64,000 nt of DNA, from contig JAJYEA010000001.1 in NCBI GenBank assembly GCA_021790425.1, positions 19-64,018 of the forward strand, written 5' to 3'. The notes below the pieces were generated by a model. That model searched no databases, was not told the origin of the DNA, and saw nothing but the letters and a program-made list of their open reading frames with translations. The position numbers were made by a program, and so were the translations under genes. How positions within the stretch are numbered: position 1 is the first letter of the stretch; each line of letters starts with the position of its first letter. Source of the stretch: Thermoplasmata archaeon. GTDB taxonomy: Archaea > Thermoplasmatota > Thermoplasmata > Lutacidiplasmatales > UBA184. This document shows positions 1-9,339 of the stretch, in pieces.

Positions 1-233
1 GCGACATGATGCTCTACGCCCGCCTGGTCAAGAACGCCCTGCGGTCCCTGCCTCCGGGTCAGATGAAGCCGGCAGACGCCGAAGCGCTCTCGAAGGACAT
101 CGACGCGTTCGTGGAAGAGATGACCCCCTCCGACAGTCCCGGAGCATCCGCGGCGCCGAAGGGGAAGGAGAGCGCGAAGCAGGTCAAGGAGAAGGTCGAC
201 GGGCTCATCCAGAGCCTGCTGAGCGGGACCTAG
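1..233 (+). CDS. hypothetical protein, probably a C-terminal fragment (frame open to window edge)
   Basis: ORF 6..233 is in frame with the window start, has typical GC-rich codon usage and converges on the KaiC-like gene. Confidence 0.6.
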   Translation, partial: DMMLYARLVKNALRSLPPGQMKPADAEALSKDIDAFVEEMTPSDSPGASAAPKGKESAKQVKEKVDGLIQSLLSGT

Positions 234-252
234 GCCCCGGGCGAGACGCCGC

Positions 253-1014
253 CTACTTCGACTTTCCGGAGCTGACGATACCGTGGTCGCCCACGTCGAC
301 ACCGAGCTTTCCGGTGACCTCGGGGTGGTTGCGGACCTTCTCGATCGAGAGCCCGTAGAGGAAGCTCTTCGAGCGGTCCTCGACCTCGAGCTTCAGCAGG
401 AGGTCGGCGATCGACTCGAGCGTCCCCATGACCCGGGCATCGTGGATACCGGAGGTGAGCGTCAGGATCGCGACCCCGCCCACCCGCTGGGCCCGATAGC
501 GGATCTGGCGGACCATCGAGATGATGTCGCTCGCATCGGCCTGCTCGAGGAAGAAGTCGAGCGAATCCACGATCAGCCGGAACGGCCGGTCGTACGTGGC
601 GAGGTCGTAGATCATCCGGGTGACGAAGTTGATGCGGGGGCCCTCGACCCCCTTCATCGTGAAGGAGGTGACCTCCTCGGGGGAGATCCCGCGCTCGCGG
701 AACCGGCTGATCTCCAGGTTCCGGGAGAGGACCCGGTCGTAGTAGTCCTCGAGGATGTTCATGATCTTGACGTCCCGGTCCCACCCGAACTTCCGCATCG
801 CGGAGGTGATGTCCTCCGTCCGCTCGACCGTGGTGTAGTAGTAGACGGGTACGCGATCCTTGGCCGTGCCCGCGAACTGCTTCGCGAGGAGCTCGATCCC
901 GCTCCCCGGCTCTCCGTAGAGGATCCCCACCCACCCCTTGGGGAGGGCGGACCAGAGGCGCTTGTCCACGTCCGGGATCCCGAAGATCGGCTCTTTCCCC
1001 TCGTCGTCCGGCAT
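253..1014 (-). CDS. KaiC/RAD55-like RecA-superfamily ATPase with degenerate Walker A
   Basis: FGIPDVD start; GEPGSGIE (lacks the GKT lysine); LIVDSLD Walker B; IEKVR C-terminal motif; start taken at MPDD (ATG 1014). Confidence 0.85.
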   Translation of the reverse strand: MPDDEGKEPIFGIPDVDKRLWSALPKGWVGILYGEPGSGIELLAKQFAGTAKDRVPVYYYTTVERTEDITSAMRKFGWDRDVKIMNILEDYYDRVLSRNLEISRFRERGISPEEVTSFTMKGVEGPRINFVTRMIYDLATYDRPFRLIVDSLDFFLEQADASDIISMVRQIRYRAQRVGGVAILTLTSGIHDARVMGTLESIADLLLKLEVEDRSKSFLYGLSIEKVRNHPEVTGKLGVDVGDHGIVSSGKSK

Positions 1015-1016
1015 CG

Positions 1017-1616
1017 TCAGCCTCCTCCGGGTGTCGCGAGGGAGACGATCTGGTCGCACACGAGCGAGAGCGTGTTCTCCATCTCAGGGGCGGTCTCCTC
1101 GGCCACGGCCAGGATGATCGTGATCGCTCCGCTGGACTTCAGGGTGTTCACCAGCACGTGCAGGAACTCCGAGAGGATGCCCCCGTTGTTGTGGATCGCG
1201 AGGGAGCTGATGGAGTCGATGACGACCACCGGCTTCTCGGTCGGGTTCTTCCGGAGGAGGTACTCGATGCGGAGCATGATCGTCTCGAGCATCGTCGGGC
1301 TCTCGACATAGCTGATGTTGGGCGAGCGCTTGCCCTTCGCTACCATCAGGTAGCTCGTGACGTCGACGAAGGAGATCCCGTTCACCGGGACGTCCATCGA
1401 TCCCAAGAGGTCTATGAGCAGGGAGGCCGGGTTGGTAACGGAGACGTAGATGGCCCTTCCCCTGACCTCCATGACATAGTCGCGAAGGATGGTCGCGAGC
1501 GCGGCCGGGTAGGTGTCCACGTAGTTCGTGTTCCCCATCTTGATGACGAGCGCGGACCCGCGGGGCAGGGTGCGGAGGCCGTCGGCCAGCTGGTCCTGGG
1601 TGACCGTGTTACTCAT
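1017..1616 (-). CDS. inactive RecA/KaiC-fold protein (DUF7504-like)
   Basis: IYVSVTNP, SFVD, VVVIDSISSL, CDQIV pattern with no P-loop; lies between two KaiC-like genes. Confidence 0.7.
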   Translation of the reverse strand: MSNTVTQDQLADGLRTLPRGSALVIKMGNTNYVDTYPAALATILRDYVMEVRGRAIYVSVTNPASLLIDLLGSMDVPVNGISFVDVTSYLMVAKGKRSPNISYVESPTMLETIMLRIEYLLRKNPTEKPVVVIDSISSLAIHNNGGILSEFLHVLVNTLKSSGAITIILAVAEETAPEMENTLSLVCDQIVSLATPGGG

Positions 1617-2376
1617 GGTTCCCTCCGTCTCGCCGTCCCCCCTTCAGGAACGGAGCGAGAAGGATGCCGAGCGGGGTGATCTCGATGACGTACTGGGCGC
1701 GGGAGTGGGTGGTGCCCCGGACCTTGATCACTTGCAGCGTCCGGAGGAGGTCCCCCTGGCGCTGGACGTTGCCGAGCAGGATCACCCCGTCCGCGATGGC
1801 CTCCTCCACTCCGTACTGGGAGTACCGGCTCGACTGGGGACCGATCTCGCTCACCAGCATCGTCGTGCAGGAGAGGTCCGAGAGGGACTTGCCGAGCTTG
1901 AGGATGAAGTCCCGGATCTTCTCCTCGTGCCGGATGCGGAAGCATACGGAAGTGACCGAATCCAGGACCAGGCGTTGGATCTTCAGGGAGGCGGCGAGGT
2001 TCGAGACCGATGTGATGAAGAGGTCGATGTCCTCGGGTGTGAGCTCCTCCTTCGAGAGACCGAGCTTCTCGAAGAGGATGGGCACGTCGATAAAGATGAT
2101 CTTGTTCTCCTCGAGGAGCTTGTGGTCGAAGAACTCGAAGGTGGAGAGGTTCTCGACGATCTTCTGGGAGGCCTCCGTCACCGATAGGAAGAGCGTCCGC
2201 TCCCCCGCCATCGCCCCACGGACGAGGAACTCGAGGCCGAGGGTGGTCTTGCCGGTCCCGCAACTGCCGGAGAGAAGGATGGTGTTGCCGCGGGGCAGCC
2301 CTCCGTCGAGAATGTTGTCGAGCCCCTCGATCCCGGTGGGGCAACGCTCGAGTGCCGTCGCTGCCATATCCTTCAC
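1609..2376 (-). CDS. KaiC/RAD55 family single-domain ATPase
   Basis: PTGIEGLDNILDGGLP; Walker A GSCGTGKT; RLVLDS; ADGVILL; RTLQVIKVRGT. Confidence 0.92.
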   Translation of the reverse strand: MKDMAATALERCPTGIEGLDNILDGGLPRGNTILLSGSCGTGKTTLGLEFLVRGAMAGERTLFLSVTEASQKIVENLSTFEFFDHKLLEENKIIFIDVPILFEKLGLSKEELTPEDIDLFITSVSNLAASLKIQRLVLDSVTSVCFRIRHEEKIRDFILKLGKSLSDLSCTTMLVSEIGPQSSRYSQYGVEEAIADGVILLGNVQRQGDLLRTLQVIKVRGTTHSRAQYVIEITPLGILLAPFLKGGRRDGGNHE

Positions 2377-2633
2377 CCCTCATACCCACTTACGGAGCGA
2401 TAAAAGTTTATGCTTGGGACAGGACCTTGATTTTGGGGCGACAGGGCTGCCGTGGGAATCTGCCCTCAGTACCGAAACCTCCCCTCGTGCTGAAGGGACG
2501 AAGGACATAGATGACTGCCCTGTCAATGGGCATTTAGGCAACTTCCTGCAGCGGGATGTGAGGAACCGTGAGGTTAATAAACAGGTTCCACGTATTATGT
2601 GAGCACAGGTCCTAACGGAGGTCGAAAGGAGCT

Positions 2634-3290
2634 ATGGATGAATCAGAAGGAAGCCCAGCGCCTATGGCAAGAAGGACAGGATCGCGAGGGCGGATTCGCC
2701 GCCGCACCCTGTACGTATCTACGATGGTCCTTCTGCTCGGAGTGATCGGCGGATTTGCGTTCGCGGCGACAATGGCCAACTTGGTGCTTCCCGTCCCTGG
2801 GGGTCCGGGGGGCTCAGGTGCGGGTGAGTCGGCTACCACTGCGTTTACGGAGGCCTCCGTGACATCGGTGTCCGTCCTCGCAACGAATCCGGAATCAGCC
2901 GCTGCCCACCTTGGATCTGAGACAGGCCCAGCACTGGGAGTGCTGGAGGGAACGATGGCTGCTCAGACGGGTACCTCTCCAGTCAGTGTGTACGGACAGC
3001 CCGCCGCGCAGTCGACTGCAACTCCGGTGTCCAATGATTACTCGGTCCAAGTAGTAGTCACTGTTACTACTACTGGGACTGCTTTCGGGTTCGACATGCA
3101 GTTCACCATCCCCTTGAGTTCCGGAACTGTTGTGGCTGACATCTATGTTGACACCGGAACGGTCACCGCGGGGACACTGACCCTCTACGTGTTTGTCGAC
3201 TCGGGAGTGCTGAACTCCGCCACTCCGCCAACTTTCGCGACATACGCTGTGAGCGCTAACGGTTGCTTGAGTCCAACCGCGTGTCCGTAG
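2634..3290 (+). CDS. secreted/surface protein with signal peptide, Thr/Val/Ser-rich beta-type domain
   Basis: Basic N-region RRR, hydrophobic stretch and AFA|A cleavage-like site; RBS-like AAAGGAG upstream; C-terminal CxxxxxC; lower GC than flanks. Confidence 0.75.
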   Translation: MDESEGSPAPMARRTGSRGRIRRRTLYVSTMVLLLGVIGGFAFAATMANLVLPVPGGPGGSGAGESATTAFTEASVTSVSVLATNPESAAAHLGSETGPALGVLEGTMAAQTGTSPVSVYGQPAAQSTATPVSNDYSVQVVVTVTTTGTAFGFDMQFTIPLSSGTVVADIYVDTGTVTAGTLTLYVFVDSGVLNSATPPTFATYAVSANGCLSPTACP

Positions 3291-3320
3291 AAGTAGGGCA
3301 AGATTCCCCTCAACTTCGAC

Positions 3321-3344
3321 CCCCTCGCCCTTCGGGGCGAGGGG
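3321..3344 (+). terminator. perfect 10-bp hairpin with cUUCGg tetraloop after the secreted-protein gene
   Basis: CCCCTCGCCC-TTCG-GGGCGAGGGG about 30 nt after the stop codon. Confidence 0.55.
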
Positions 3345-3659
3345 CAACCACTTCAAGTTTCTCGTTTAGACATCGCGGGTTCAGGACCTGACCAAGTGTG
3401 TCATCCGGTACTGAGGGGGAGGGGAGCCTTGCGGGCCCGTTCAAGGCATGCGGCGCGCTCCCGGTCTGGAGCTACCCAAGGACGGCCTCTCGAATAGTCG
3501 AGCATCATGCCTTGAACGGACTGGGGGAGCCAACCGTGTATGACGCAACTGAACGACTGGGGAGATCGAGGAGGCGCCCTCAGACCTTGAAGGCAAGGCC
3601 TGTCTGTTCGTGAAGTGAAACCGATGGATCTCAGGCTATCGTATGATCAAGCGGCGATT

Positions 3660-5159
3660 CTAACGGAACGCAAGGCATCCCCAGGGGGGTACCGCGGGCT
3701 TGGTAGCGAGCGGCAGGAGTTCTGTCTCGCCCACGCGCCGTTGTTCCTTGGTCTCGCGCTCCCGGATCGTGAAGGTCCGGTCTTGCTTGCTCTGACCATC
3801 GATGGTGACCGCCAGCGGGGTCCCCATTTCGTCCAGGCGCGCATACCTCCTCCCCACCGACCCTGACTCGTCCAGCGTGACCGACACCCCCGCGCTCCGC
3901 AGGGCGTCGGCGAGCTCCTGCGCCAGGACGCCGTGTTCCTTCGGGATGAGGGGAAGGACGCCCACTGTGACTGGGGCGAGATAGGAAGGGAGCGACCAGA
4001 CGAGCCGCTCACCGTCCTTGCGCAGGTGGATATCCGATAGCGCCCAGACGTTGCGGTCCACCCCGAAGGTGAGTTCCAGCACGTGCGGGGTCAGGTGCTT
4101 CCCCCCCTCGGTCGTCACCGAAAGGTCGGTTTTCGACCCTTCCGAATGCTTGGTGAGGTCGTAGTCGCCACGGTAGTGGATGGCCCCGACCTCCTTGAAC
4201 CCACCCAAGGAGACCAGTTCCGCTTCGACATCGAACTGGATGCGGTTGTAGAACGCCCGCTCCCGCTCGTTCTTCTCGAGGAACCGGATCCTCTCCGCGG
4301 GATAGCCCAGGACGTCCCGGAAGAAGCGGTAGGTGTGCGCCATGTGGAACGCGTAGAAGGGGGGAAGGTATCCCTTCTCCACCAACTCCCGCAGGGAGAC
4401 CTCCTCCGGGCGGACCGCCCCGGCCAACCGCTTCTCAGCGAAGAGAATAGGGACCGAGATCTCACCGAACGCCTTCCACTCCGACGGGTAGTCTTCAGGG
4501 TCGAAGAAGATCTGGAGCTCCGCCTGGGTGAAGACCCTCATCCGGAAGAGCGTCTGCCGGGGTGCGATCTCGTTGCGGAACGCCTTCCCGATGACCGCGA
4601 TGCCCATGGGGAGCTTCTTCCGCCCGATGTTCCACATGCGGGAGAAGGCAAGGTAGCTCGACTGGGCGGTCTCCGGGCGGAGGTAGGCCTTCTCCTTCCC
4701 CAGGGCCCCGAACTCCATGCCGAACATCAGGTTGAAGGCGCGCGGGGGTCCCAGCGGGCCCTTGCCGCATCGCGGGCAGGGAGGGTGGAGCTGCTCGAGC
4801 CGCGCGGCGAGCTCGTCCCCTTTCAGCGCCTCGGCATCCTTCTGCCCCTTTGCCTCGAGGAGCTCATCGGCACGGATCACGGTCCCGCAGTTCCCGCAGG
4901 TGACCAGGGGGTCGGCAAAGTGGTCCAGGTGCCCGGAGGCACGGACCACGGCCTCGGGAAGCATCTCCACCGCATCGATGCGGTGGTAGTTCTGGGAGAG
5001 CCCGACGAACCAGGCCTCCCACGCATCCTCCAGCCGGCGCTTCAGGGCGGACCCCATGGGACCGTAGTCGTAGAGCCCCTGGGCCCCCCCGTAGATCTCC
5101 GCGGTGGGCCAGAGCACGCCTCGCCGTTTGAAGATCGAGAGGATCTCGTCGCTGTTCAT
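3660..5159 (-). CDS. glyS: glycine--tRNA ligase (alpha2 type)
   Basis: IYGG..GLYDYGPMG, SGHLDHFADP, YLRPETAQ, FRNEIAPR, FTQAELQIF; anticodon-binding domain SVGRRYAR. Confidence 0.97.
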   Translation of the reverse strand: MNSDEILSIFKRRGVLWPTAEIYGGAQGLYDYGPMGSALKRRLEDAWEAWFVGLSQNYHRIDAVEMLPEAVVRASGHLDHFADPLVTCGNCGTVIRADELLEAKGQKDAEALKGDELAARLEQLHPPCPRCGKGPLGPPRAFNLMFGMEFGALGKEKAYLRPETAQSSYLAFSRMWNIGRKKLPMGIAVIGKAFRNEIAPRQTLFRMRVFTQAELQIFFDPEDYPSEWKAFGEISVPILFAEKRLAGAVRPEEVSLRELVEKGYLPPFYAFHMAHTYRFFRDVLGYPAERIRFLEKNERERAFYNRIQFDVEAELVSLGGFKEVGAIHYRGDYDLTKHSEGSKTDLSVTTEGGKHLTPHVLELTFGVDRNVWALSDIHLRKDGERLVWSLPSYLAPVTVGVLPLIPKEHGVLAQELADALRSAGVSVTLDESGSVGRRYARLDEMGTPLAVTIDGQSKQDRTFTIRERETKEQRRVGETELLPLATKPAVPPWGCLAFR

Positions 5160-5198
5160 CCCACCTGCTGGGGTGAGGCGGGCCTTAAGGATTACTCC

Positions 5199-6104
5199 CT
5201 ACCCGGGGAGGGTCCGGGGGCTCCGAGGCTTTCCGCGGGGCCGCGAGCGCGGCTTGCTGGGGGCGAGGTCCCGTTCCAGTTCACGACGACGTCGCTCCAT
5301 GCTCTCCTTGACCCAGTGGCGAACGTGTCGGTGTTCCCGGGAGTGACGGAGGGACCGGACCCACTCGTCGAACATGCCGAGATCGTGATAGTTCCCAAGT
5401 CGGGTCTGGAGCTTCACCAGCGAGGGTCCCAGGTCCATCCCCTCCGGGTCGACGGCGAGCTCGCGCCGGGTCTGCCGCCACTGCCGCAACACGACACGGA
5501 GGCGGTGCAGTCGGCGCACGGTCGATCGACGTTGTGCCTGACGGAGTGCCTGCTGGAACTCCGTTTGGGCACCTCGGATCTCTCTCGTGGACGCCACCCT
5601 GAGCCGCGAAGCAGAGAGGGGATGCGCCTCCATCCATTCGGAAAGTACTCTCGGTTCGAGGCCACCCTGGGCCAGAAAGTGCTTGGCCCGGACACGAAGG
5701 CGCTTGCCGAAGTTGCTTCGCTCATGCTCCAGAACCGCGCGGAGAGCGTCAGTATCCCCCCGGTCGAGCTCCCCTCGGGCCCCGCCCAAGAGCCGTAGGG
5801 CCACGTCCCGGTCCCTCGTGACACCGGCCGCGTGCGCGAGCTCCACGAGCTCCTTCTCCTCGCGTTCGAACCCGGAGGAAGCGGAAACGGGCGACGCCCG
5901 CCGGAGCAGGCGGAGCGCAATGCGCAGACGGCGCAGGTCCCGATGCAGGTCGTGGATGGCGCGCGGGCTCATCTCCCGACCCTCCGCAGCCTCCCGCAAC
6001 CGCACCTCCACGGAACCCGCCAGCGAAAGGAAACGTTGGTGGAAGGCGGGGGGTCCGACCAAACGAAGAGCCGGCGGGCGACCCGGGGGGGTCCCCTCGC
6101 CCAT
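5199..6104 (-). CDS. CHAD domain polyphosphate-binding protein
   Basis: IHDLHRDLRRLR, GVTRDRDV, LHRLRVVLR, LQTRLGNYHDL motifs; start set at ATG 6104, just after the upstream stop. Confidence 0.88.
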   Translation of the reverse strand: MGEGTPPGRPPALRLVGPPAFHQRFLSLAGSVEVRLREAAEGREMSPRAIHDLHRDLRRLRIALRLLRRASPVSASSGFEREEKELVELAHAAGVTRDRDVALRLLGGARGELDRGDTDALRAVLEHERSNFGKRLRVRAKHFLAQGGLEPRVLSEWMEAHPLSASRLRVASTREIRGAQTEFQQALRQAQRRSTVRRLHRLRVVLRQWRQTRRELAVDPEGMDLGPSLVKLQTRLGNYHDLGMFDEWVRSLRHSREHRHVRHWVKESMERRRRELERDLAPSKPRSRPRGKPRSPRTLPG

Positions 6105-6108
6105 GGCA

Positions 6109-6879
6109 CTACCGGAACGACTCGAGGTGGGTCCGCCCGGTGATCCGGTCGACGCACTCCCGAACGTCCCGGTGGACTTCTTCCGGGCGGCGGTTCCCGT
6201 TGATCTGGACGAAGCCATACTCCTTCGCCATCCAGTCGAACTCGGCCTTGATCAGGGCCTGGTAGCGGAAGAAGCTCTCGAACCGGTCCCGGGAGAGGCC
6301 GATATCCATTCCCGACTCCCAGAAGTCGAGCGACTTGTAGGTCCGGAACGTCCGATGCATCAGGATCTCCGGCCGGGTGTCCAGGAAGATCGTCAGCCGG
6401 GGCCGGAGCGCGAAACCGTAGAGCTCGCTCGCCCACTCGCGGGTGGCTCCCCGGACGATTGCCCGGGCCATGAGCGTGAAGATGTAGCGGTCCGCCAGGA
6501 CCACGAATCCCGCGGAGAGCGCGGGGATGATCTTGTTCTCGAGCTGGTCCGCGAAATCGGCGGCATAGATGAGGGCCAGGGTGGTGGCGCCCAGCACGTT
6601 CCCCTGCTTTGCCCGGTCGATCTGCTTCGACACCAGGTTCGACCGTCGGAGCCCGGTCTCGAGCACCGCGTGACCTTGGACCTCCAGGTAGTCCTTGAGG
6701 AGCTCGCACTCCGTGGTCCTTCCCGATCCGTCGGACCCCTCGATGACGATCAGCGACCCCTTGAGCCCCGAGACGTCGCTTCCCGGGATCCGGTACCCGT
6801 AGGTGGGAGGACCCCCCTTCGGACTCTCCCGGAACACTCCCATGGCCGAGGTCGGGGGCTTGGCGGGCCTACGACTCAT
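6109..6879 (-). CDS. thymidylate-kinase-like protein B (putative subunit of a heteromeric polyP kinase)
   Basis: LIVIEGSDGSGRTT (Lys->Arg P-loop), VLADRY; overlaps the upstream paralog by 11 nt. Confidence 0.88.
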   Translation of the reverse strand: MSRRPAKPPTSAMGVFRESPKGGPPTYGYRIPGSDVSGLKGSLIVIEGSDGSGRTTECELLKDYLEVQGHAVLETGLRRSNLVSKQIDRAKQGNVLGATTLALIYAADFADQLENKIIPALSAGFVVLADRYIFTLMARAIVRGATREWASELYGFALRPRLTIFLDTRPEILMHRTFRTYKSLDFWESGMDIGLSRDRFESFFRYQALIKAEFDWMAKEYGFVQINGNRRPEEVHRDVRECVDRITGRTHLESFR

Positions 6880-7597
6880 GGATCAGCACCTTCTCCTTGG
6901 GGAAGCCCTCGAGCATCGGGCGGATGGCGCCCCGGACCGTCTTCTGCAGGCTCTCGATGCTCTGCTCGGCATCGATCGTGTGGAACCCCTCGCTCTTGGC
7001 GAGGAGATCATACTGGCGCTTCAGCATCCCCTGGAACCGCACATAGCTCTCCCCGACATCCTTCGCGAGGCCGAGGTCCATGCCCGCCTCGTAGTGCTTG
7101 ATCTTGAGGCGGGAGACGTCCTTGCGCCTGCGGGCGGTCTCGACCGGGACGCGGAAGTAGAACGTCCGGTCGGGTTGCACGGCGAAGGAGTACAGGTTCC
7201 GCACCCAATCGGGGTCGCATCCCCGGGCCACGTCCCGTGCGTAGGCGGTGTAGATGTACCGGTCGCAGATGACGAGGTACCCCGCCCGGAGCGGGGGCAG
7301 GATGTTCCGCTCGAAGCGGTCGGCGAAGTCCGTTGCGTGGAGGAGCGAGAAGGTGGTGGGGGTCAGCAGATTCTTTCGCTTCCCCCGGCGGATGATCTCC
7401 GAGGTCAGGTCGGAGGAGTTCCACTCGGTGAAGAAGACGTGATAGCCGCGGGAGGAGAGGTACTTGAGGAGGAGCTGCGCCTGGGTCGACTTGCCGCTCC
7501 CGTCAAGCCCCTCGAAGACGACCAGCTTTCCCGGGTAGATGTGGCGGCCCGGACCTCCGGCTTCCCGGGGCCGCTGGGAGGAGTCCAGCGTGATCAT
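6869..7597 (-). CDS. thymidylate-kinase-like protein A (putative catalytic subunit of a heteromeric polyP kinase)
   Basis: LVVFEGLDGSGKST, VICDRY, YEAGMD; RBS AGGAGGTG upstream. Confidence 0.9.
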   Translation of the reverse strand: MITLDSSQRPREAGGPGRHIYPGKLVVFEGLDGSGKSTQAQLLLKYLSSRGYHVFFTEWNSSDLTSEIIRRGKRKNLLTPTTFSLLHATDFADRFERNILPPLRAGYLVICDRYIYTAYARDVARGCDPDWVRNLYSFAVQPDRTFYFRVPVETARRRKDVSRLKIKHYEAGMDLGLAKDVGESYVRFQGMLKRQYDLLAKSEGFHTIDAEQSIESLQKTVRGAIRPMLEGFPKEKVLIHES

Positions 7598-7777
7598 TCA
7601 GCACCTCCTACCGGCGGGCCGACGACCCGAGTTCACGGTCATCCGCCGCGAGAGCAAGACGACGGAGCCATCGGACCCCGCTGGACCTCCTCCCGTGTTT
7701 CCACCAGGCGAGGAAGAGACACGGGAATCTTAAGGGTACTGGGGAACGAATGGGCCCCGGGGGGCGCCCGGAACGCC

Positions 7778-9331
7778 CTACTCTTCGAGGTCGAGCGAGC
7801 GGCGGAGCCATCGACTGCCCCGGGCCAGAAGCCGGGGATCGGCCGGGGCACCCGGTGCGAGGGTGACGCGGAGCTGCCGCCGCTCGATGCGGAAGCGGGG
7901 CATGGGCCGCACGTCCCCGACCGCCTCCGACAGCGCGAGGATGGCCCCGAGCAACCGCACCACCTCGTCGTCCCCTTCCTCGAGGACGTCCTCGTACCGC
8001 TTGAGGGCGCTGTCCGGGAGGCCATCCCCCTCGTGCATGCTCCCGGCGAGGGCCGCGAGCACCGTCCCCCGGTGCGTGAGCCCGTAGAGCATCCGGTTCC
8101 GCAGGATGTGCGAGGAGTGCGTGGGGTGGCCCGGGTAAGAGATCACGGTCCCGGAGTCGTGGAGGAGCGCCGCCACTTCCAGCGCGAGCCGCTCCTCCTC
8201 CCCCAGCCAATGGCGGCGGACCGTCCGGTCGAAGAGATCGAGGGCGACCGAGCGCACCCGGTGGGCATGGGAGGGGTCCCCTCGCAGGGCCCACAGCGCG
8301 GCGAGGGCTCCCGAGAATCCCATCTCCCGGGCCGAGGCCGGGAGCGGGCGCCCCATCGCCTCGTGCGCGATCCCCTCCCGGATGCCGCATCCGGAGATCG
8401 TGAGCGTCTCGGCCTTCCGCCGGTGCAGGACCCCCAGGACCACCGCAAGACCGGCCACGATGATGTCCGCGCGGTCCGCCGAGAGGCCGGGCACCTCCTT
8501 CCGGGTCTCGAGGGGCTGTTCGGAAAGGAAGGAGTAGAGCCGCTCGACCTCCCGGGTCCGGACCGTGAATCCGTGGACGCGGTGGATCGGGTAGTCGCGC
8601 ATCCCCTGCAGGGTGTGGGCCAGGGCGCGGGTGGTCCCTCCGGACCCAACGACATGGGCTCTCCGGCTGACCTTGAGCTCGTCGAGGGGCTCCAGCGCGT
8701 CATCGATGTGGTTCTGGAGGGCGTCAAGCTCCCGGATCCGCGGCGGGTCGTGGCGGAGGAAGCGCTGGTGGAGCCGGAGCGCACCCAGGGGAAGCGAGAG
8801 CGACCGGTAGAGTTTGCCCTCCTGTACCGAGATCGACTCGAGAGACCCACCGCCCAGGTCGATGATCAGGTTCTCGGTGAGCGGGAGAGAGCTCGCGACC
8901 CCGAGATAGGCGAAGCGCGCTTCCTCCTCCCCCGATAGGGAGCGCAGCCGGATGCCGCACCGGCGGGAGACCTCGCGAAGGAACTCCCGGCCATTGGAGG
9001 CCTCCCGGACCGCGCTGGTGGCGACCGCCTGCACCTGGACCACGCCGTACTCGTCCAGCACCCGCCGGAAGCGTACGAGCGCCGCGAGGGCCCGGGCCCG
9101 GGCCGGCCGCGAGAGCCGGCCGTCAGCCTCGACCCCCTCGACCAATCGAGGGTAGTCCTTGCTCTCGTGGATCGACCAGGGGGGACCCACCGGCGCGCTG
9201 CGGTAGATGACGAGACGGGCGGAGTTCGAGCCGACGTCGATGACCCCCAGCGGCCGGTCGACCCATCGCCCCGAGAAGGTCTCGGCGGATGGTCGTTTTG
9301 CCCCGCCCCTCGGGATGGCCCTTCCTCCCAT
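7778..9331 (-). CDS. ppx: Ppx/GppA exopolyphosphatase with C-terminal HD-like domain
   Basis: VIDVGSNSARL, ATSAVREASN, SGEEEA, IDLGGGSLE, GIREG, AALLHDSG; start taken at ATG 9331. Confidence 0.93.
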   Translation of the reverse strand: MGGRAIPRGGAKRPSAETFSGRWVDRPLGVIDVGSNSARLVIYRSAPVGPPWSIHESKDYPRLVEGVEADGRLSRPARARALAALVRFRRVLDEYGVVQVQAVATSAVREASNGREFLREVSRRCGIRLRSLSGEEEARFAYLGVASSLPLTENLIIDLGGGSLESISVQEGKLYRSLSLPLGALRLHQRFLRHDPPRIRELDALQNHIDDALEPLDELKVSRRAHVVGSGGTTRALAHTLQGMRDYPIHRVHGFTVRTREVERLYSFLSEQPLETRKEVPGLSADRADIIVAGLAVVLGVLHRRKAETLTISGCGIREGIAHEAMGRPLPASAREMGFSGALAALWALRGDPSHAHRVRSVALDLFDRTVRRHWLGEEERLALEVAALLHDSGTVISYPGHPTHSSHILRNRMLYGLTHRGTVLAALAGSMHEGDGLPDSALKRYEDVLEEGDDEVVRLLGAILALSEAVGDVRPMPRFRIERRQLRVTLAPGAPADPRLLARGSRWLRRSLDLEE

Positions 9332-9339
9332 GCCCCGCC

